Shown: piece by piece, positions 56,901-64,000 of the stretch | Layout: the number at the start of each line of letters is the position of its first letter | Numbering within the stretch: the stretch's first letter is position 1 | Assembly (NCBI GenBank): GCA_030390025.1 | Contig: JASTWF010000365.1 | Coordinates: 310,001 to 374,000, forward strand | Direction: 5' to 3' | DNA: 64,000 nt | From: Squalus acanthias | Lineage: Eukaryota | Made by a program: the position numbers and the translations under genes | The notes under the pieces: model-generated | What the model was told of the DNA's origin: nothing | Databases searched by the model: none | What the model saw: the letters and a program-made list of their open reading frames with translations, nothing else

Positions 56901-59900
56901 TGAGAGTCAGTGTGTGTGGAACCCGTACCCCAGTGAGAGTCAGTGTGTGTGGAACCCGTACCCCAGTGAGAGTCAGTGTGTGTGGAACCCGTACCCCAGT
57001 GAGAGTCAGTGTGTGTGGAACCCGTACCCCAGTGAGAGTCAGTGTTGGTGGAACCTGTACCCCAGTGAGAGTCAGTGTGTGTGGAACCCGTACCCCAGTG
57101 AGAGTCAGTGTGTGTGGAACCCGTACCCCAGTGAGAGTCAGTGTGTGTGGAACCCGTACCCCAGTGAGAGTCAGTGTGTGTGGAACCCGTACCCCAGTGA
57201 GAGTCAGTGTGTGTGGAACCCGTACCCCAGTGAGAGTCAGTGTCTGTGGAACCCGTACCCCAGTGAGAGTCAGTGTGTGTGGAACCCGTACCCCAGTGAG
57301 AGTCAGTGTCTGTGGAACCCGTACCCCAGTGAGAGTCAGTATCTGTGGAACCCGTACCCCAGTGAAAGTCAGTGTCTGTGGAGCCCGTACCCCAGTGAGA
57401 GTCAGTGTCTGTGGAACCCGTACCCCAGTGAGAGTCAGTATCTGTGGAACCTGTACCCCAGTGAGAGTCAGTGTCAGTGGAACCTGTACCCCAGTGAGAG
57501 TCAGTGTCTGTGGAACCCGTACCCCAGTGAGAGTCAGTGTCAGTGGAACCCGTACCACAGTGAGAGTCAGTGTGTGTGGAACCCGTACCACAGTGAGAGT
57601 CAGTGTCTGTGGAACCCGTACCCCAGTGAGTGTCAGTGTCTGTGGAACTGTACCCCAGTGAGAGTCAGTGTCTGTGGAACCTGTACCCCAGTGAGAGTCA
57701 GTATCTGTGGAACCTGTACCCCAGTGAGATCAGTGTCTGTGGAACCCGTACCCCAGTGAGAGTCAGTGTCAGTGGAACCCGTACCCCAGTGAGAGTCAGT
57801 GTCAGTGGAACCTGTACCCCAGTGAGAGTCAGTGTCTGTGGAACCCGTACCCCAGTGAGAGTCAGTGTGTGTGGAACTGTACCCCAGTGAGAGTCAGTGT
57901 GTGGGGGACCCGTACCCCAGTTATAGTCAGTGTGTGTGGAACCTGTACCCCAGTGAGAGTCAGTGTGTGTGGAACCCGTACCGCAGTGAGAGTCAGTGTG
58001 TGTGGAACCCGTACCCCAGTGAGAGTCAGTGTGTGTGGAACCCGTACCCCAGTGAGAGTCAGTGTGTGGGGGACCCGTACCCCAGTGAGAGTCAGTGTTG
58101 GTGGAACCTGTACCCCAGTGAGAGTCAGTGTGTGTGGAACCCGTACCCCAGTGAGAGTCAGTGTGTGTGGAACCCGTACCCCAGTGAAAGTCAGTGTGTG
58201 TGGAACCCATACCGCAGTGAGAGACAGTGTGTGTGGAACTGTAGCCCAGTGAGAGTCAGTGTGTGTGGAATCCGTACCCCAGTGAGAGTCAGTGTCTGTG
58301 GAACCTGTACGCCAGTGAGAGTCAGTGTCTGTGGAACTGTATCCCAGTGAGAGTCAGTGTCTGTGGAACCCGTACCCCAGTGAGAGTCTGTACCTGTGGA
58401 ACCTGTACCCCAGTGAGAGTCAGTGTCTGTGGAACCCGTACCCCAGTGAGAGTCAGTGTGTGTGGAACACGTACCCCAGTGAGACTCAGTGTCAGTGGAA
58501 CCTGTACCCCAGTGAGAGTCAGTGTCAGTGGAACCCGTACCCCAGTGAGAGTCAGAGTCAGTGGAACCTGTACCCCAGTGAGAGTCAGTGTCGGTGGAAC
58601 CCGTACCCCAGTGAGAGTCAGTGTGTGTGGAACCCGTACCCCAGTGAGAGTCAGTGTGTGTGGAACCCGTACCCCAGTGAGAGTCAGTGTGTGTGGAGCC
58701 CGTACCCCAGTGAGAGTCAGTGTGTGGAACCCGTACCCCAGTGAGTGTCAGTGTGTGTGGAGCCCGTACCCCAGTGAGAGTCAGTGTGTGGAACCCGTAC
58801 CCCAGTGAGTGTCAGTGTGTGTGGAACCCGTACCCCAGTGAGTGTCAGTGTCTGTGGAACTGTACCCCAGTGAGAGTCAGTATCTGTGGAACCTGTACTC
58901 CAGTGAGAGTCAGTGTCTGTGGAACCCGTACCCCATTGAGAGTCAGTATCAGTGGAACCTGTACCCCAGTGAGAGTCAGTGTCAGTGGAACCTGTACCCC
59001 AGTGAGAGTCAGTGTCTGTTGAACCCGTACCCCAGTGAGAGCCAGTGTGTGTGGAACCCCGACCCCAGTGAGAGTCAGTGTGTGTGGAACCCGTACCACA
59101 GTGAGAGTCAGTGTGTGTGGAGCCCGTACCCCAGTGAGAGTCAGAGTGTGTGGAACCCGTACCCCAGTGAGAGTAAGTGTGTGGAACCCGTACCCCAGTG
59201 AGAGTCAGTGTGTGTGGAGCCCGTACCCCAGTGAGAGTCAGTGTGTGTGGAACCCCGACCCCAGTGAGAGTCAGTGCGTGTGGAACCCGTACCCCAGTGA
59301 GAGTCAGTGTGTGGAACCCGTACCCCAGTGAGAGTCAGTGTGTGTGAAACCCGTACCCCAGTGAGAGTCAGTGTCAGTGGAACCCGTACCACAGTGAGAG
59401 TCAGCGTGTGTGGAACCCGTACCCCAGTGAGAGTCAGTGTCAGTGGAACCCGTACCCCAGTGAGAGTCAGTGTGTGTGGAACCTGTACCCCAGTGAGAGT
59501 CAGTGTCAGTGGAACCCGTACCCCAGTGAGAGTCAGTGTGTGTGGAACCCGTACCACAGTGAGAGTCAGTGTGTGTGGAACCTGTACCGCAGTGAGAGTC
59601 AGTGTGTGTGGAACCCGTACCCCAGTGAGAGTCAGTGTCAGTGGAACCCGTACCCCAGTGAGAGTCAGTGTCAGTGGATCCCGTACCGCAGTGAGAGTCA
59701 GTGTGTTTGGAACCTGTACCCCAGTGAGAGTCAGTGTCAGTGGAACCCGTACCCCAGTGAGAGTTTGTGTGTAAGGAACTGTACCCCAGTGAGAGTCAGT
59801 GTGTGTGGAACCTGTACCCCAGTGAGAGTCAGTGTCTGTGTATCCCGTACCCCAGTGAGAGTCAGTGTGTGTGGAACCCGTACCCCAGTGAGAGTCAGTT

Positions 59901-62900
59901 TGTGTGGAGCCCGTACCCCTGTGAGTGTCAGTGTCTGTGGAACCCGTACCCCAGTGAGAGTCAGTGTGTGTGGCACCCGTACTCCAGTGAGAGTCAGTGT
60001 CTGTGGAACCCATACCCCAGTGAGAGTCAGTGTATCTGGAACTGTACCCCAGTGAGAGTCAGTGTGTGTGGAACCCGTAACAAAGTGAGAGTGAGTGTCT
60101 GTGGAACCCCTACCCCAGTGAGAGTCAGTGTCTGTGGAACTGTATCCCAGTGAGAGTCAGTGTGTGTGGAACCCTTACCCCAGTGAGAGTCAGTGTCAGT
60201 GGAACCCGTACCCCAGTGAGAGTCAGTGTCTGTGGAACCCGTACCCCAGTGAGAGTCAGTGTGTGTGGCACCCGTACTCCAGTGAGAGTCAGTGTCTGTG
60301 GAACCTTTACCCCAGTGAGAGTCAGTGTATCTGGAACTGTACCCCAGTGAGAGTCAGTGTGTGTGGAACCCGTAACAAAGTGAGAGTGAGTGTCTGTGGA
60401 ACCCCTACCCCAGTGAGAGTCAGTGTCTGTGGAACTGTATCCCAGTGAGAGTCAGTGTGTGTGGAACCCTTACCCCAGTGAGAGTCAGTGTCAGTGGAAC
60501 CCGTACCCCAGTGAGAGTCAGTGTCTGTGGAACTGTATCCCAGTGAGAGTCAGTGTCTGTGGAACCTGTACCCCAGTGAGAGTCAGTGTCTGTGGAACCT
60601 GTACCCCAGTGAGAGTCAGTGTCTGTGCAACTGTATCCCAGTGAGAGTCAGTGTCTGTGGAACTGTATCCCAGTGAGAGTCAGTCTGTGTGAAACTGTAC
60701 CCCAGTGAGAGTCAGTATCTGTGGAACTCTACCCCAGTGAGAGTCAGTATCTGTCGGACCCGTACCCCAGTGAGTGTCAGTGTGTGTGGAACCCATACCC
60801 CAGTGAGAGTCAGTGTGTGGGACCCGTACCCCAGTGAGAGTCAGTGTGTGTGGAACCCGTACCCCAGTGAGAGTCAGTGTGTGTGAAACCCGTACCCCAG
60901 TGACAGTCAGTATCTGTGGAACTGTACCCCAGTGAGAGTCAGTGTCTGTGGAACCCGTACCCCAGTGAGTCAGTATCTGTGGAACCCGTACCCCAGTGAG
61001 AGTCAGTGTCAGTGGAACCTGTACCCCAGTGAGAGTCAGTGTCAGTGGAGCCTGTACCCCAGTGAGAGTCAGTGTGTGTGGAACCCATACCCCAGTGAGA
61101 GTCAGTGTGTGTGGAACCCGTACCCCAGTGAGAGTCAGTGTGTGTGGAACCCGTACCCCAGTGAGAGTCAGTGTGTGTGGAACCCATACCCCAGTGAGAG
61201 TCAGTATCTGTGGAACCCGTACCCCAGTGACAGTCAGTGTGTGTGGAACCCGTACACCAGTGAGAGTCAGTGTCTGTGGTACCCGTACCCCAGTGAGAGT
61301 CAGTATCTGTGGAACCCGTACACCAGTGAGAGTCAGTGTCTGTGGAACCCGTACCCCAGTGAGAGTCAGTATCTGTGGAACCTGTACCCCAGTGAGAGTC
61401 AGTGTCTGTGGAGCCCGTACCCCAGTGAGAGTCAGTGTCTGTGGAACCCGTACCCCAATGAGAGTCAGTATCTGTGGAACCTGTACCCCAGTGAGAGTCA
61501 GAGTCAGTGTCAGTGGAACCTGTACCCCAGTGAGAGTCAGTGTCTGTGGAACCCGTACCCCAGTGAGAGTCAGTGTCTGTGGAACCCGTACCCCAGTGAG
61601 TGTCAGTGTCTGTGGAACCTGTACCCCAGTGAGAGTCAGTGTCTGTGGAACCCGTACCCCAGTGAGAGTCAGTATCTGTGGAACCTGTACCCCAGTGAGA
61701 GTCAGTGTCTGTGGAACCCGTACCCCAGTGAGAGTCAGTGTCTGTGGAACCCGTTCCCCAGTGAGAGTCAGTGTCTGTGGAACCCGTACCCCAGTGAGAG
61801 TCAGTGTGTGTGGAACCCGTACCCCAGTGAGAGTCAGTGTGTGTGGAACCCGTACCCCAGTGAGAGTCAGTGTGTGTGGAGCCCGTACCCCAGTGAGAGT
61901 CAGTGTGTGTGGAGCCCGTACCCCAGTGAGAGTCAGTGTGTGGAACCCGTACCCCAGTGAGTGTCAGTGTGTGTGGAACCCGTACCCCAGTGAGTGTCAG
62001 TGTCTGTGGAACTGTACCCCAGTGAGAGTCAGTGTCTGTGGAACCCGTACCCCAGTGAGAGTCAGTGTCTGTGGAACCTGTACCCCAGTGAGAGTCAGTG
62101 TTTGTGGAACCCGTACCCCAGTGAGAGTCAGTGTCAGTGGAACCTGTACCCCAGTGAGAGTCAGTGTCTGTGGAACCTGTACCCCAGTGAGAGTCAGTGT
62201 GTGTGGAACCCGTACCCCAGTGAGAGTCAGTGTGTGTGGAACCTGTACCCCAGTGAGAGTCAGTGTCTGTGGAACACGTACCCCAGTGAGAGTCCGTGTC
62301 TGTGGAACCCGTACCCCAGTGAGAGTCATTGTCAGTGGAACCCGTACCCCAGTGAGAGTCAGTGTGTGTGGAAACCGTACCACAGTGAGTGTCAGTGTGT
62401 GTGGAGCCCGTACCCCAGTGAGAGTCAGTGTGTGTGGAGCCCGTGCCCCATTGAGAGTCAGTATGTGTGGAACCTGTACCCCAGTGAGAGTCAGTGTTTG
62501 TGGAACCCGTATCCCAGTGAGAGTCAGTGTCAGTGGAACCCGTACCCCAGTGAGAGTCAATGTCAGTGGAACCTGTACCCCAGTGAGAGTCAGTGTCTGT
62601 GGAACCCGTACCCCAGTGAGAGTCAGTGTGTGTGGAACCCCGACCCCAGTGAGAGTCAGTGTGTGTGGAACCCGTACCCCAGTGAGAGTCAGTGTGTGGA
62701 ACCCGTACCCCAGTGAGAGTCAGTGTGTGTGAAACCCGTACCCCAGTGAGAGTCAGTGTCAGTGGAACCCGTACCCCAGTGAGAGTCAGTGTGTGTGGAT
62801 CCCGTACCCCAGTGAGAGTCAGTGTCTGTGGAACCCGTACCCCAGTGAGAGTCAGTGTCTGTGGAACCCGTACCCCAGTGAGAGTCAGTGTGTGTGGAAC

Positions 62901-64000
62901 CCGTACCCCAGTGAGAGTCAGTTACTGTGGATCCCGTACCCGAGTGAGAGTCAGTGTCAGTGGAACCCGTACCCCAGTGAGAGTCTGTGTGTGTGCAACC
63001 CGTACCACACTGAGAGTCAGTGTGTGTGGAACCTGTACCCCAGTGACAGTCAGTGGCAGTGGAACCTGTACCCCAGTGAGAGTCAGTGTCAGTGGAACCA
63101 GTACCCCAGTGAGAGTCAGTGTGTGTGGAACCCATAACCCAGTGAGAGACAGTGTGTGTGGAATCCATACCCCAGTGAGAGTCAGTGTGTGGAATCCGTA
63201 CCTCAGTGAGAGTCAGTGTGTGTGGAACCCGTACCCCAGTGAGAGTCAGTGTGTAAGGAACTGTACCCCAGTGAGAATCAGTGTGCGTGGATCCCGTACC
63301 CCAGTGTGAGTCAGTGTGTGTTGAACCCGTACCCCAGTGAGAGTCAGTATCTGTGGAACCCGTACCCCAGTGAGAGTCATTGTCTGTGGATCCCGTACCC
63401 CAGTGAGAGTCAGTGTGTGGGGGACCCGTACCCCAGTGAGAGTCAGTATCTTTGGAACCCGTACCCCAGTGAGAGTCAGTGTGTGTGGAACCCGTACCCC
63501 AGTGAGAGTCAGTGTGTGGGGGACCCGTACCCCAGTGAGAGTCAGTATCTGTGGAACCCTTACCCCCGTGAGAGTCAGTGTGTGGGGGACCCGTACCCCA
63601 GTGAGAGTCAGTGTTGGTGGAACCTGTACCCCAGTGAGAGTCAGTGTGTGTGGAACCCAGACCCCAGTGAGAGTCAGTGTGTGTGGAACCCGTACCCCAG
63701 TGAAAGTCAGTGTGTGTGGAACCCATACCGCAGTGAGAGACAGTGTGTGTGGAACTGTAGCCCAGTGAGAGTCAGTGTGTGTGGAATCCGTACCCCAGTG
63801 AGAGTCAGTGTCTGTGGAACCTGTACGCCAGTGAGAGTCAGTGTGTGTGGAACCCGTACCCCAGTGAGAGTCAGTGTGTGGGGGACCCGTATCCCAGTGA
63901 GAGTCAGTGTTGGTGGAACCTGTACCCCAGTGAGAGTCAGTGTGTGTGGAACCCGTACCCCAGTGAGAGTCAGTGTGTGTGGAACCCGTACCCCAGTGAA
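38915..64000. repeat. 33-bp satellite B (>23 kb, ~700 units, continues beyond the window)
   Basis: Consensus CCAGTGAGAGTCAGTGTGTGTGGAACCCGTACC with frequent 32-bp variants; degenerate units at the left edge. Confidence 0.97.
40146..41788 (+). mobile_element. Solo-LTR-like insertion, 1643 bp, TSD AACC
   Basis: Starts TGTAA, ends TTACA; AACC at 40142-40145 and 41789-41792; removing it restores a satellite unit. ATTGG/GGGCGG 40724-40732, TATAA 40753-40757, AATAAA 41572-41577; no coding domain recognised. Confidence 0.8.

Noticed and set aside
38910..63768. ORFs of VRVSVCGTRTP / WNPYPSESQC / THTDSHWGTGS repeats
   Set aside because: Same artefact, from satellite B.
6738..64000. CRISPR-like regular repeats
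   Set aside because: Units are head-to-tail with no unique spacers, no cas genes are present, and the context is vertebrate.

Overview
Repeat-saturated vertebrate DNA, most likely from a cartilaginous fish (inferred from the repeat families). I found no convincing host protein-coding exon, and nearly all long ORFs in the track are artefacts of two different 33-bp tandem repeats. (1) 1-31.4 kb holds seven copies of a tRNA-headed DeuSINE/SacSINE1-like SINE. One internal 33-bp segment is present once in one copy and amplified in the others up to about 400 units (13.4 kb). These copies are mixed with CR1, L2 and CR1/Zenon-like LINE fragments. A 3.46-kb tandem duplication made a chimeric SINE and duplicated a unique spacer carrying two NF-kB motifs; another canonical kB site sits in a promoter-like island at 5.4-5.6 kb. 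(2) 32.0-32.6 kb holds an inverted pair of homologous ~150-bp arms, each with an extended CTCF-like motif, in convergent orientation. (3) 32.6-37.8 kb is a three-level nest: a young full-length Gypsy (Mag-like) LTR retrotransposon inside an RTE LINE inside a CR1 tail. The Gypsy has 215-bp LTRs with 2 differences, a GACTG TSD, two coding lesions, no tRNA PBS, and a 13-nt PBS-position sequence complementary to its own LTR, which makes it a self-priming candidate. (4) 38.9-64 kb is a second, unrelated 33-bp satellite interrupted by a 1643-bp solo-LTR-like insertion (TGTAA...TTACA, AACC TSD).
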